A stretch of 64,000 nt of DNA from Ptychomitrium polyphyllum (Eukaryota): assembly GCA_973851085.1 (NCBI GenBank), contig OZ316776.1:6820001-6884000 (forward strand), read 5' to 3'. The first letter of the stretch is position 1, and every line of letters begins with the position of its first letter. The position numbers and the translations under genes were made by a program. Shown piece by piece: positions 1 through 15,000 of this stretch. The notes below the pieces were generated by a model. It was given only the letters and a program-made list of their open reading frames with translations. It was not told the DNA's origin and did not search any database.

Positions 1-3000
1 TGATTGCTCGAGTTTGACAATGGCATTTGATTAACAGGAGAGGCATCACTGCTATTATTTGCTGATGATGCAGCTACGCCGGATGAATTTGCAAAATTCG
101 ATACAGCTAATGAAGCCATCTGTGCCTGGGTTCGGTTTGGAGCAGCCCTCAACATCTCTGATTTGCCAGCAATATCACGACGCTCCAATAAATATGTGCG
201 GAGCCAATAATACAAAGCCTGTCACAATCAAGATACCTTAGCTTACACATACAATTCGTCAAAAGCACCATGACAGTAAAAACTGTATAAACTGACTTAC
301 TGGTACTATCTGACCCTAAAATGGTGAAAATTATATCTATTTGAAATGATCTTCTGCGAACAATATTTGCTGAACATTTGAAGAGTGATCAAGCTCAACA
401 AGGAAGGACTAGATCAGCCTGACTATTTCTGCACTTTTAGAACGAAATTTTAGAGAAGGACAAGTACATGCTTGAGGTTATACCTGTGGAAAGACAGCCG
501 CAAGCTTGAGTATAACATTTTTGCAGCTTGCTGCTTCAGGCCTCTGTAGAGATAGCAGCAATTGCGGAATCCAAGCAAGCCAAACCCATTGCGGGATAGA
601 GTCACAATATTTATCAAAAGCTTTGCTCACTGCACCAGTCTGATTATCAAAACTCAGCAAAAACAGCACTCTAGCTAAGTGGTTACGCCCGTGCTTGCTG
701 CCGTACTTAATTCCTTGTAAAAAGCAGCTCACAGCATACTCCAGCCACACGTCTTCATTGGTATCCTTGTACACCTACACAACCACAAAAGCTTCTCAAC
801 TCAACAAGAAATGTAAAAAAGGCAAAAAGGACTACAACATTATAAGGAAATAACAATAAATATCTGAGGAATAAAAAACGTCAATATTCAAGTAATCAAA
901 GGTAATACTAGTTGATTTGCAAATGAACCTGGTCGCAGTGATTGCCCCAGCTTATCCACCCCTTCGGAAGATGCTTGTAAAGAGAGATGGCAGTGGAATA
1001 TGCTTGGTTTGCAAGCTCCATATCATTCATCTTTTGCAAAAAGTCTCCCTTCAGTCGAAAAATCTCTGCTTTATGCTGCAGAGGGAAGTACTCCAAGTTG
1101 GTGGTGTTAATGAGACTTAATCCACTCGCTAATTCCCCTTTCATCTCCAGATAGGCCTTCGCCTGCTCCCGTATTTTAACAAAAGCTTCCTGTAAACACA
1201 CAAAACTGATACAGTTAGAAAATGTTTAAGAAAGTTTCCCAAAAAGCAGGTCTAGATTATGTCAGGCCTGAACTGGCAAAAGAAAAACTCTCACCTGCAC
1301 CTCCATTGTAAGAAATCCATACATCTTGTTCAGCACACTAACGCAAACCTCATAGAGCCCTTGCCTACGGGCCACATAAGCAAGCTTGTTTACACTCCAT
1401 GCCTTGTCACGGAAACCCAGTTGATGCAATTGAGGATTTGTCTCTGAAAAGCCCTTGAAAGCATTAATCACTGTGTTATACATATGATTGCGCCATTGTA
1501 GGAGGTCCATCCAAATCGTCAGTTCATCCCATTCATTAGGTGTCCGTAAACGCCAGGTTTCTAAGATGTCCTTCAGGTCTACATAAGCACCAGCAGGACC
1601 CTGCAGGAAGCAATTGGCATCCTAATACGTTAGTATATTGTATTTCACGTGCAACTCTATCAACCACATTTAAGATAATATTCCCACAACCGCATTTGTG
1701 GGTACACTTCTTTCTGATGTGCATTCATAGTAATATAAGCAGCAGAAGCAAAGCGTTTTCGGGAAATGACTATGATAACCATCAACACTCAAATTGCCAA
1801 AGCCACATATCACAGGCCTAGTAGGGCTAACCTGAATTCCTGTCATCTGCCCGGATCCTTGAGGCTGGGGTTTGTTACCATTTCCGATCTCTAAAAGCAC
1901 CCGTGCTGATTCCTGCAGTTCCACCAACTGCTGGAACTGCTGCAAAAGAGGAATGTGAGATTGTACAGCCATCTCAGGTAATTGCCACCATTGGTGAAGT
2001 GCCAACTCAACTCCTTGTCCAACTCGTTGATCAGCATCAGTCACACTGGGTAAACTGCCTTCATTAAGAGCCACATATGCCTGTACCATGCGAAACTTGG
2101 GCGATTCATCAACTTGCGCTTTAGGCAAGACAGTGTCCTTCAACAAAGTCCAGTCTGGAACTTTAATCAGGGTGTCAAGCAAAATGTCATAATTTTCAAC
2201 ATTTCGACCAAAATCCACTAGTATTTCCCACTGATTGAGACGTTTCGCACAAGCAACCCACTGCTCTTCCCAGAGACACATTTCAGCCTTCGAAACTACT
2301 CCCGTGTTATATGAACCCTGTATACAAAATACAGACGAATGTGTAAAGATTAGCCAATGCAGGAGAGTACAGCTAAAAAGGTGAGATAATTTACAATCTA
2401 CTTCAGGACCTTACAAAAGAATGCATACAAGAAACTAGATTTTGGCCTTAAGTGCTTCACCTGAGTCGCCTTGTTCATTGCATTGTAGAAAACATCCTGA
2501 GCTCGTTGCCACAAGCCATGTTGTAGTAGAGAAAGGCCGGCCTTTGTATCAGCAGTAATCTGCCGTCGCTTCCACAACCCATATCTAACATCTTCTTCAT
2601 TGAGCATGCGATAAAGTTCCGCTAGTGCGTCAAAACAGCGTGTTTCCTAAAAAATGACCAAATTGATTATATCAATTACCAGAGAAAAGGTCGTTTGCAG
2701 TTACTAAATTGTGCACACAAAAGAGCATTCACACATTAGATGGGATAAAAGATGCTCAAGTCTTCCAACAAGTACCAGAAGATCCATGACGCATGTCAGA
2801 ATAAAAGGTCACGAGAAATACAGCTATAGCATATATCGTAGTCCACGAAGTTCTTGTGCACCTACCTGTGGAAACAGCATCACATGGCTCTCGAGTAAGG
2901 AGATAGCAATATGCCAGGCATTATAGGTTTTCCCAAGAAACTTAATCAATTCACTAGGGATCTTGGGCTGTGGTTGACTGAGAGACAGGCCCTCCAACAA

Positions 3001-6000
3001 GGCCTGGACCACATTTGGACGCTTATCCAGTTGCTTGCTGTGATAGTCCTTTGATAGCAGAGTTATCATTGGTTTAGCAAGCATAACCTGCTCCTCTTTC
3101 TGGAGTGTTGCCCAGACAATGGGGAACACCAGCACCCACATGTGATAAGCAACATGGGCATCTGTATGAGCGAGTTCTCTTAGCGGCATCACCAGGTCAG
3201 CCACCTGAACAAACAGAAACAGGTCATCAGTCTTATCACAGGGAGATTGAACGTGCCAGCAGTAACCAATATCAATTTCTTAGACCTTCAGGCGCGCACA
3301 CAAAAGAAAGAAATTGTTCGCTACAATAGCTGCATAAGGGCATACATTCCTAATCAAAAAAATGTAATTATCATCATCAGAACCAGGTAAATTGCATCAA
3401 AACAAGAATTACAAGCTGGCTGTCCACATCCTAATATCTCAAGCTGCAACTCCAGACATTCACAAGAAAGAACGCTAACACTGGTACAAGCGATACCTTA
3501 TTACTGCACACAACCAACTAACATAAAGACATACACATGAATGAGGAAACCTACTCGAGACATACATCTATCTTGAATTGCATACAAAGGTATCTGCAAG
3601 TAAAACGAGGAAAGCAAACAAACCTGAAGCTTGCTGACTTCATTTAAAAATCTTGCATGTTTGTTAACAATACCCATGAATGTCGGCGTTGCTCCATCGG
3701 GTTCATCAGGTGGATCAGACACCTGCAGTTGCATTCCAGCTCGTTCTGGAACTCCTCCTGAAGCCATTAAAGGAGGAACCTGCAACATAGAAAAATGGCA
3801 CTAAGATCGCATGTCTAGAATCAAAGAAACTCCAAAAAATGAAGGGCCTAAGTAAATATTGTGCACCTCACAATGACAATACCTTCTCTCTACAGAAAGT
3901 GTATTTCAAATTTCTCACTTAATTTAAATATTAGCATACAAAAGTAGAGCTGTCTAACAATAGAAAACTCATTAATGCATCAAGTTCATCCCACATCCTA
4001 CAGCTTTAATGTAAACTTAATGTAACTTCTGTCATCTAGAGCCTCACCTGTGCAGAATTTGGAGCAAGAGTAATAGGTTCATGTTCTACTAGTATGGCGA
4101 GTAATAAATCAAGACTCTGTTTAAGCCAGAACACATCACTCAGGACCTCCCACTCTTGTGTTTGAATTATGTATTGCAAACGAGTGAACAAGGTTTTGCT
4201 AATGGAGTCGTGATAAAGAGTAAAAAACTTTTGTCGCATCTCAGGGTCTCGAGAGCGCAACCCCAGCATAAACTGCCGCTCAACCTTCTGAAAGACTTCT
4301 TGCCTAACCGACAAGTTATACCTATGAAGACAATCAAAAAGTCAATCATTAAGGAGTACGAAAGAGGGCATCCCAATACTGTAATTCCTATCCAATGCTC
4401 AGAAACAATATAAGAGAAATACACAAAAAGCTGAAGAAAATCAAATAAAAAGATACTTAGATATGAGCCTCCTGGTATCTGCCAATGTATCGGTAATCCA
4501 AAGCATCTAGTGTGTGGAGCGCTTACTTGGTTGTATCTGAACATAGCCGATGCAATAATTTGAGGTACATCTGATCCCATTCCTCTAATACGGCTGGAGT
4601 CATTCCAGAACAATCAACTTGAGCCAAACTCTTCATGAAGGCTACCACATCCTTAATAACCAGAGGAGCTGTAGAGGCAACCTGATTTGATCCCTTAAAA
4701 TCATGTTCCACCCAATCTTTCACCAGTTCCAGGATTGCAAGTAGTACCCCAGTATCAGTCCCCTTCTCCCCCAGAACAGTTTGAAGTGTTTGACAAAACA
4801 GCCGTTTACACTCGGGCAATAATAAAACACGTTCACTAATGAGTTTCAAAAGTGTCTTTAGATTATTGACAGCTAGTGAAAGGTCCGCCGACCCACGTCC
4901 TGATTGGTTTGTCGCATCAGTCTCCAGCCTGTGCCCCTGCTACTCAAAATGCAAGACAAAACATTTGTGTAAAACGGCGGCAACTGAAACTATATAAGTT
5001 TTTGATATATAAGGATTCCAAAATTAGAACAAGTATATCACCTTTGATATCAGATTCGTGTATGACCACCATTTTTAGCAAAGTGCAGACCAAATTTCCA
5101 ATCTCAACATTAAATTCGTTAGATTAACAGTTTTACAAAAATTCTGGCAATTCAATTCTATTGTCCAGAAGAGCACCTGACGTCTTACCTGACGCACAAG
5201 CTGCGCAGATGTTGAAGCCATCTCTCGTGCAAGGCGCTGGAACACTCGCACTAGATACATCATAAACTTGTCAACATACTGCTTGTTCCCAGATACAAGT
5301 GTCTTCAATATGTTGAGCGTGAAACTGATCAATAAATTCACAACTGAAGCCTCAGGAGGCGGCTGTGTTTGACTAGCTGTCACGGTTGTCAACTGCTTCT
5401 GAATAAGCTCCTCCACCTTTTGATGCAGAAGCTTCACATCCTGATGCGTCTCTGAAGCATCTACTGGAAATGCCTCAAACACCATTTTCAGCAAAGTGCA
5501 GAGTGAATTTCCAATCTCTGGCAACTTGCAATTAAAAGAAGGCTCCAGTACCTGCAAAAAGTAGAGAGGTTAAATGATATTCATTGCTTTTAAGTGCTTA
5601 AAATAACACAGCAATTCACATGGTTCCTCTCCTGAACTTCACAAATTGTACCTGGATAATGTGATGAACATTATTACGAATGAATAAATGTGGCTGTTTT
5701 TGTACTGCCTTGTTCATGACATCTAGTCCTTGGGCCAACGCCGTAGCTGGATCTTTGCTTTGCCCAACTGGTTGTTGTGCAGACAATATTTTCTCCAGAT
5801 AGTTGAATTTCACATTTGCATGTGGCCAAACCTCCAGTGCCTGGGTCAAAAGTTCTAGTGCTTGCTTATACATTGCCTGCGTCTCTTTATCCTTGGGTTC
5901 AGTAACCAACGCCACCTATATAAAGTAGAAGTAACCCCAGTAAATCAGCAACTCTATAAATACAGCATCTCATTGCATGACGGCAGTGCGTCATAATTGT

Positions 6001-9000
6001 ACAGAAGGCCGCAGGCACAAAAAATCATTACAATTCAGTAATACTCTAATCATCAAAGGTGTAGATAAATTACCCGTATCAAGAAATTTATGATCATCTC
6101 CTCCATTGCAGCATTAGGTTTGAACTCCTCATCAGCCTGCCCCATGGAACCAGGAGTACCAATGTTGGGTATAGAGCTGGTGGGACCTGATGGTAGATTG
6201 GGAGACATCCCCGCAAGGACAGGCAATCCAGCTTCTGGCTTTGTCCGTTTACTTGCCTCATCTCCAACAGCAGTTAACCCTGCAGCTTCTGCTGTTCGCT
6301 TTGTTCCTGAATGTGTTCCACTTGCGGTGCTGGCTTCTGCAGAATTTTGTCCATCTGCGCCTACAGACTTACTCTGCCCATCTCCATCTGTGTTGCTTGC
6401 TTTAGCTTCCGCTTGCCTCCGTTTCTCCCACATCACAACCAAACCAGCAAGATCGATGGCAAGTCGCCGATGCTCTGGTGGAGTATTCTGTGGTAAACCC
6501 AGTCTGCTAAGTGAATTAACCATTTGAGGAACAAACTGAGCACGGCAATTGTAGAATAGCTCAGCATGGCGGACTAAAAGCTGGAATATATGTATTAGGT
6601 TTGGCACAGAATGTCCTTCTTCCACCAGAATTTTCTTGGTATAGCGAATCCATATCGGTATCTTGTTTTCACCCAGTGGCAGACGTCGTGGAAGAGCTGG
6701 CATCAAGATATCAAGTGCTTGCTTAACCAGGACACGATTCTCAGGTTGACATGTTCGCAAGAGAGCAACAAACACCTGCATGTAGACCAAATTGAAAGAA
6801 GATGAGGTGCAAAGATAAAAGCTCCATCCTCTAAATAGTCACTCAAACAGCGACTCCGTGTAAAGACACCAAAGAAAATGTCAGATTAATATTCACGAAC
6901 CTGTAAGATGATCTTTTCAGGTGCCTGGTATGCTTCCAAAAACTGACATACATTGACAAATGCCCACTGTTTGCTCGCACTTTCCTCACGCTTCAAATGA
7001 TTCCAGCCAAATTTGATAAGCTCCTTACGATGGTGAACAAGGTCATTTGGAAGATGCTTCAACAAGAGAGTAGCTAACTGAAGCAACTCAATACGCAAAG
7101 ATTCGTCATAATCTGCACTAACTTCCTCCGGAGGATCTAAAAGCTTTTCAATGATGGTCTTTATAATAGTTGCGTCTACAACGTCCCAGCTCTGATTTTG
7201 TTGAAAGGAATGAGTGAGCATAGGTAAAATGAGCATCTGCATGGCTACCACCAAAACATCCTGAGGCAGTCGTTTCGTCTGGAAAAGGTCTAGAAAGCAA
7301 AGCAGCACCGCCTTCTTCTCCTGTGGCGAGTATCCTTCCCCAACCTAGACAAAATGATCACAAACCAGGATTATAAGAACACCAGTATATAAATGCTCCG
7401 TCCACTGCAATATGCTAAAGAAAACTATAAAAACATCATCGTGTTCCCATCGGGAAATTATCCATATTTCAAATCAGCGAACAACCACGATCATTTGGTT
7501 TCTATTGCATAATACTGGAAAGTTGATTGAGTTCCTAAGACCACTCAACATCCCACAGTGTACAAGGAATTTACCTCAACCATGTAGAATTCTTTCAAGA
7601 AGGTGTAGTCAATTCGAGTCCGCACCAAGAAGATGGACAGCATTTCAAAGAGAACATTGACCTCAGCCTTATCATGCCTTAGATAATTCAAAAAGCACTT
7701 CACCAAGCGCTTACTTTCCTTGACCTGCTCATACTTGCACAAATCCTCAAACTCAGAAAACTAACTACAATTCTCGAGGACAAGAAAAAGCTGAACAAGG
7801 ATACAAGACTTTAAACACACAAACACTTGAGCCTTCTACCAATTTCATGAACCGTCTTAAAGGAATGTTCAAATCCATCAATATACTTCTACAACCCTAA
7901 GAAGGCCCACTCTACTAGATATAAGGGCACCACTTATTTTCTGAACCCTGGACAAAAAAAGAGACCTATGAAGACACAAGGTGAGAACGCTTGCCTGATT
8001 TAAACTCAAACCCTGTTCATTAACTAGGCGGGCCTGACGAGCAGGAGACTGCCATAGTCTCACCAAAGCATCAAAAACTGCACGATTTTGAAACAGCCAA
8101 TCTGGGGAGAGCTTAACCAATACAGACACAAGAGCCACCCCTTGAAACTGAGCTTCAGCTGTTGCCTGCATACCACCTGATCCTGCATTACCAGCTCCAG
8201 CTTCTGCCCCAGCTGCTGGAACCACAGGAGCAGCATTTTCTTCGGCAGCTGGAAATGCGCTCTGAATAATTTTGTTAGGAGAGCGAGCAAGCTCCTCACG
8301 TAAAGGCTGTCCCGTTTCTGTTTGAATAATATCCATAAACCTGATCAAATTAAAGAAAATCGAATAAAATTAGTTGCTACATACTACAAAAATAGATGAC
8401 AGCCGAGCCTGCATGCATCAAGGATTAGCACAATGCCCAGATTCTATGTCAAAAAGATAGAAGACACAGACAACATATTGTAAACCACATTCAAAAGTTA
8501 AGAACCAACATTATTGCAAAAACTACATTATTGCAAAAACTATGATCACGAATGCAATACAAGAACATCAACACAATAAATGTCAAAACACGTCGCAAAT
8601 GCAGCTTTTGCAGATTGTCAGAAGAACACCCGCTCATCTTAACAGCATGCTTACCGTCGGAACACAGTTGACTGCGTGAGGCGACCAAGGAAGTAATCCA
8701 CGGCGTCTGGAGCATAGCGATTGAGAAATTTAGTGAGCGGCAGGCGATATGGGCTATTTAGTTCACTGTAAACCTGACTTGGAGGAAGAGCAGCCTCCAA
8801 TTGCATAGTCAAGGTCACTAGTTGGTCCAAGAACTTGCCAGCCGCTGCTGGAAGCAGATGAAAAAGCTCAATTATTGCTGCAAAAGCGACCAAAAAATCA
8901 AAGGCTGCAAAAAATGACAAGTTGAACCAGAGGTGTCTTCCCAGATAATAATATCTAATCTTAAAACTGTTAGCATTCCAAGTTGTCTCCTTGATGTAAC

Positions 9001-12000
9001 ACTCAACCTATCCCAAAGAGTTACAGCTAAGTAATCATCAATCAATCCAATGATCAACAGAGCAATGACACAAAACTGTAGTATGCTTGGATACAAGAAA
9101 GCAACGACTAGTTATTTTTCGGGGAATTATTAGCGCAAATACCTCCAGCAATTTTGGGTTCCTCCCCAACCTTCCAAGATTTCTGCGATTGAGAAAGTTT
9201 CTCAGGTTCCAACCACTTCTTCAGGTGTTCCATCAGTTTTTCACCAAGAGTGACATTGAACCAATTTGAGAGAAGCTCAAGCAAACGAGCCAAACCCTGT
9301 AACAGTGGCATTGTCAAGTTCTTGTAGTGCGCCAAGTTCACAAGAATAGGCCGAAGGCTACTCTGAAGCAACTCTTTCGGCATTTTCTGTTGCTGAATAA
9401 CCTGTGCATACCGAAAATTTTCGATGACATTTAGCAGCAATCCTCTCAATGACACTGAGCAGCAAAAACCTAACTATTGATCGGCTAATATTTGTCCCAA
9501 GATATACACTATGCCAAGCATCCACATTTTACATTACAAGCTACGGGTGAAGCTTTCATTTGCTAAGCTTTCATTTGCTAAGCTTGTACAGGAATACATA
9601 TTGTGCGTCCTCCAATGCCATGTTTCAATAACGAATGCATCAACGAAATCAAGTGGCATAACCAGCAACAAAACCCTGCCCCCGGGTAAAATCAGGTGAG
9701 AAGGAAGACACACCTGACGGAGACCCTCCTTAGCAACAGCAACAATTTCAGGTGTGCGGCAAGTGAGTGACTTGAAAAACATTGCAATAATTCGGGACCT
9801 AAGATCCGCATGGCTTTGCGTCTTAAAATCTGCCCATGCCATTGCTGTACACAGAAGCTCTATACAGACAGTTCGGAGTTTAGTCAATGTGGCAGCCATT
9901 TTGGGATTCATGAACTTGCCACTAAGAACCGATTCGTCAGCTTCTGCGATCTGTAATGACTCCTGGAGAATGCTGATCAGTTCAGCTCTCATCTTCAACA
10001 GTGGAGGCCGTAGAGCAAGACAAAAGTTTAGAGCCATCACAGTGCCAACCTGTAATCACAAAAGAATTTCTGTTAAATATACTGCAGCCTGCAAAGGCTT
10101 AAATTTTTGAATCACAAGTCTTCATCTAGAATTCTGAAAACTCGCTTACAGGTTAATTTACAAATATTTAGGCAGAACTTATGCAAATTCACAACTATTG
10201 AGTTGGGTGAATTTCTAGGACTCATGACATAGCTGAAATCTTCACATATACTCATACATATAAATCCAATACTTCATTTATAAATAATTATCTAAAAAGA
10301 TTCAAAAAGAAAGCAAGGCAGGAATATTAATCGTTCGAGTTGTTTGGGTCGAAGACCATTCAAATGTACAGCAGCAAATTGATGAAAGAATATCATGAAC
10401 AGGAGATCATACTTGCTGTTCAGCGTGCTTGCTTCGAAGAGGCCTTATGACCAAAGGCTGTAGCAGAGGTTGATACAGGGGCTCCAGCAACTCCGAAACC
10501 TCACTACCTGTTCGACTGGCCAACAATGCAAGGCATGACTGTACATTCTTTCGAACAATGTAACTTGCATTCGAGTTGAAAAGTTCCCCTGCAAGAACCT
10601 CCACAACCCCTTGAAAGCTTACTCTCCGTGTCTCACTGTTGTTCTCTTCTACGTTGTTGACAACACGTAATACTTGATTTAGAACTTGACTTGCCTCCTC
10701 TTGCTCAGCATTGGCATGCGGTGGCAACCGTTTCAATACATAAATCAGTGCCCGCACAGCCCGAACCTGTCATAAGCAACGAATAGACAATGTCAATGCC
10801 AAAAAATCATGAGAACACTCGCATTGATTATGTATTTGATTTAGCGTTCAGCACCAAATTGCAAAGTATTAACATGCCTGAAACTGGCATAGCATCTCCA
10901 CTGTAGCTTTTCCAACCAATGCTCCAAGTCCCATTACACCTCCCATCTGCGCTTGCCATGTGCTTCCATAACAACAGTGCAAGAGGCGAGGAAGAAGTTG
11001 CTCAAAAACAGGCACCCTTACACCCGGAGGAGGAGAATACACTGGGTTCATTGAAGGGCTTGATACACTCATAGGCGTTCCAGGTGTGCTCACCCCTCTA
11101 GGAGTAAGAACACCTGTGTGTTTAGAGCGTGCTAGTAGAAGTAGGGTCTCAGCAAAGATGTTGAGTCCATTTAAAGCAGCTTTTGCATGTGCTCGATTCT
11201 CATCAGCCAATACTGCAACAAGTGCGTCAAGAAAGATAAGAGGATCTAGTTCTTTGAGATTTGCTTGAGCCCGATTGTTACGCGTTCTAGCATTAGGCAC
11301 ACCAGAAGTAGTAACAGTACTCAGCGAGCCAGAATTCCCTCCTGGATTGTTGGCAGCTGATTCCACATGGAAAATCATTGCAAAATGGCGGCAAATACTG
11401 GCAGCAAAATCATCCTTTCCATCCTGCAGCTCTGTCTCCATACTCGCAGCAATGACTGTCATAAGAAGCACCTTAAAAACACTTCTTTCTGCCATAAGCT
11501 GGGTCTTGGTCTTCACTCCCAAGTCTACCTGTGAGAGATCAAAACTATGTAAGTGGATACCTCACAAAACACAATTTCATCCAAATAACCATATTTGTTC
11601 TAAATATCAGCTGCATAAACATGTGAAAGTTGTAAAAATCATAAAAGGATAATCCGATAAGACCTTGACGTTTGGATTTTCTGCTCTGCGTCGAGAAGGA
11701 TCAACTGAAGTAATGAACATTGTGCTGAGCTGCCCAGGGGTCACCCCTTCACCACCAACATTCCCCTTCAGATTCAGCACAGAGGCTAAGCACACCCGCA
11801 AAAATTTCAGTGCATGCTTTCGGTAGAAAGAATCTACCCCAATTTGGGTCCCCATAACAGCAGCCCGAGCAAGATATATACACCTGTCTAATGGTACAAG
11901 GAAGGATGTGGTGGGCTCAAACGTCAAGATTAAACGCAGTCCATGTTCAGGATTCTCTTTGCATTCAAGACTTAAAGGTTCTTTCAAAAAACGCCGATTA

Positions 12001-15000
12001 CGGCCACCCAATTTTCCCAACAATTGGAGAGCTTTGCCACCCCACAAGTAGGGCTTCGGTCGAAGATGCGACCACAGCGTCAGTATGAGGTCAGACATGA
12101 CTGTTGCCATGCTAGGCTCCAAAAACTCTGGATTGAGGCTATCAATCCAAAATTCAAGAGTTCGCAAGCCAAGTGCAACAAGCTCGTCACTGCCTCCAAG
12201 TGCAAGCACTAGTGGCTTCATTAACCGGTGTAGATGAGGAAGCAGAGAACTTAAGCGCGCGGGCAGAGTGAGACACAGCTCAACCACCAAATCTATCATA
12301 TCCAAGCCAGTAGGACCTTCCACCATAGCAAGCAGCATGTTGAGGCATGGCTGCAATGTAGGAATGAACTCCCGAAACAATAGTTCAAATTTTCCTCCAG
12401 AAAGTGCTCGAAACATTGTACGCAGCAGTTGCATGAATCCAAGTGGCTTCTCCACCTCCGTGGCATTCTTCATGCAAGTCTCCATGAGTGTTATGACATG
12501 AGGTTGTAGCACCCGCTCACAATCAGCTGAAAATTTAGCCACTGCAACAAAAAGATAACGAAAGAGCTGTAACACAAGTTTCGCTGCAGGAGTATCTGGC
12601 TGCTTCAGTGTATCCAACTTGCTCGTCACCAGATAATTCACCAAAACATCTGCAAAATGTTTAGTAACCTGCAAAAAATAAAGCGAATCTTGTCAACATG
12701 CTAATTGAAAATCTGAAAACATAAACATTCACACCTATCTTTCAAAGATAAACAAGTTCAACATAATTCCACAAACTTTAAACAAGGTGAAACAAACAAA
12801 AGCTTATATATAGAAACACGTCTAATATATAAAAGCTGGTGTTAACCTTGGGTGTATAAAGAAGAGTCGAGAAAATCTGGAGAAGTTGCAGGTTGGCAAG
12901 CATGCAATCAAACAACTGAGGCATGCAGAGCGAGAACATGTCCATCAGATTGCGGTGCTCCATTACAGCGAAAACTGAAGAATAGTGAGAATACATTTCT
13001 TTCTCTTCGTCCTTTTCCTTGAAGAGAGCCAAGCAGTGAAGGCCACTCTTTAAAATTCCTGATGCAAGGCGGACCTGAAACACGACAGATTTTTAAAATC
13101 ATCCGCAGTGAGTTATGGAAAAGGTGAAGTAAAAAACCAAAACGTCTAACCAAACTCAGATTCAGCAGCTTTAACTTCACTACCAAAAAACAATACCTGT
13201 AGGTTATTATAACTAGGAAAGTGTCCATAAGCGTAGCATGGCAAGTCTGGTCACTACTTGACAGTTACCATGATCAATTGCATTCTTGCACACACTATCT
13301 GTATCAACAGAAAACTAAAGACAGCAAAACTCCACACGAAGATCAAGGATACAAAGAGCCTATATCTCACAATTATCACCTACATACATGCCTAGTCTAC
13401 ATGGTGTCATACACGCATACAATTACCTTAAAAGCGGGCTTACCTCTTCCTCTCTCATGCCTTTCACAGGACTAGGACCATTATTCATCTGAGGCAACTG
13501 AGGCAATTGTGTCGCATTGAAGTGCGTAATACTCCAAACCAGAGTCTTCATTCCTGAGAAGGAAAAAACAGAATTTCGAGGGTGAACATGCAGAATATGC
13601 ACATTGTAAATATGCACTGTTTTTGAAGCGAAGGTAGCACATGCATCTAGGGCGGAGAATGCAGGAAGAAGACAAAGTCATATAATAGACGCAAGGAGTT
13701 CAGTACTCGCAAGAGCGATGAAGTCAATACCCATGATAAGAGTTTTCAGAAGCTGCTTGCAATCCATAACTTCTTTAGAATGCTCTAGTGGTACCTGCAG
13801 ATTCAAAGCGGCCTGCAAAATAGCAACATTGAAATGATCCTTAACAGTGGTGTCTGAAGGTTATGGTCCAAACACTGCCAATTATTGCCTGAGTTCAATT
13901 TGTACATGTGCGTAAAGCTCTGTCGACCATAATTACCTACACGGAAATATAGTTTTTGTAGATAACAGTGCCCAAGGCACAGCAAAACCTCGACTCACCT
14001 GAACGGGAAGCTCCAGTCTAGAACGAAGCGTACGCCGGTCTTTACCATCTTCCCCATCCTCCTCTAGTAACTACGGTCACCACAACAATCGTCCAACAAA
14101 AGGTAGCCCCAAAGTTAAATTTAAGAAGAAAGTGTTCAGATTCACAACACTATCATGTCCTACAACAGTCCAACAGAGAGGCAACATAGACACAGAAATA
14201 CGTACAATATACTGTTAAATCAAGACATGCACACATCTTTCACATCAGTTTCGCATTTTTTGTAATAGTTGAACAGAATGGGGCAATGCTTCAAAAAACA
14301 TTTTTAAAAGTATCCAAATCACCTGAGGAATGCTGTATTTCAACGTTCCAAACTTACTGACAAATGCATCCAAAATGCGGCCCTGTGACTCAAAGACATC
14401 AGCAATACACACAACCGCGCAGAACTCCTATGCTCATTAAAAGATGCAGCAAGTTTAAGACTTGACCCCTTAAAGAAAGAATGGGAACCTGAAGAAGTGT
14501 GACAAAGCCCAATAATCCCCAAAACTAGACTAACTAACCTACTCCAGTTCAACACAAGATTTAAAAGTAGATAATATATGTTACACAGCATGTATTGCAA
14601 GTGTTAAAACAACAAAGTAACAAGCTTTCAAAAAATATTTCAACGAAAAAAAATAAGATGCCTTACCAGAAGGGCTCGCCCTTCTTCTCTACTTAAATGA
14701 TCAACTCGCCGTCCAAAAATTGTTTCTACCTGCAAACTCCATTTATCGCTGCTTAAAATGAAACCACTGACAATGTTCTCTGTCAAAAGAAAAATCTCAA
14801 ATGTTCTTACAACCCAACAACCATGAACGTTCTTCACTGTAAGCCTAAAACAAAAACAGAATTTCTCTAACAAGATGTTGTAAGTACAGAATGATCAGCA
14901 ATGCTGCTACTTATGGCAGAAATGACCTCACCGAAACAAGTAGTGAAATTAAAATTGAAAGGGCAATAAAAAACAAAAGGTTACATTTAAACACGATTTC

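Noticed and set aside
9551..9585. 15-bp tandem duplication in a TRRAP intron
   Set aside because: An ordinary slippage duplication with no sign of function.
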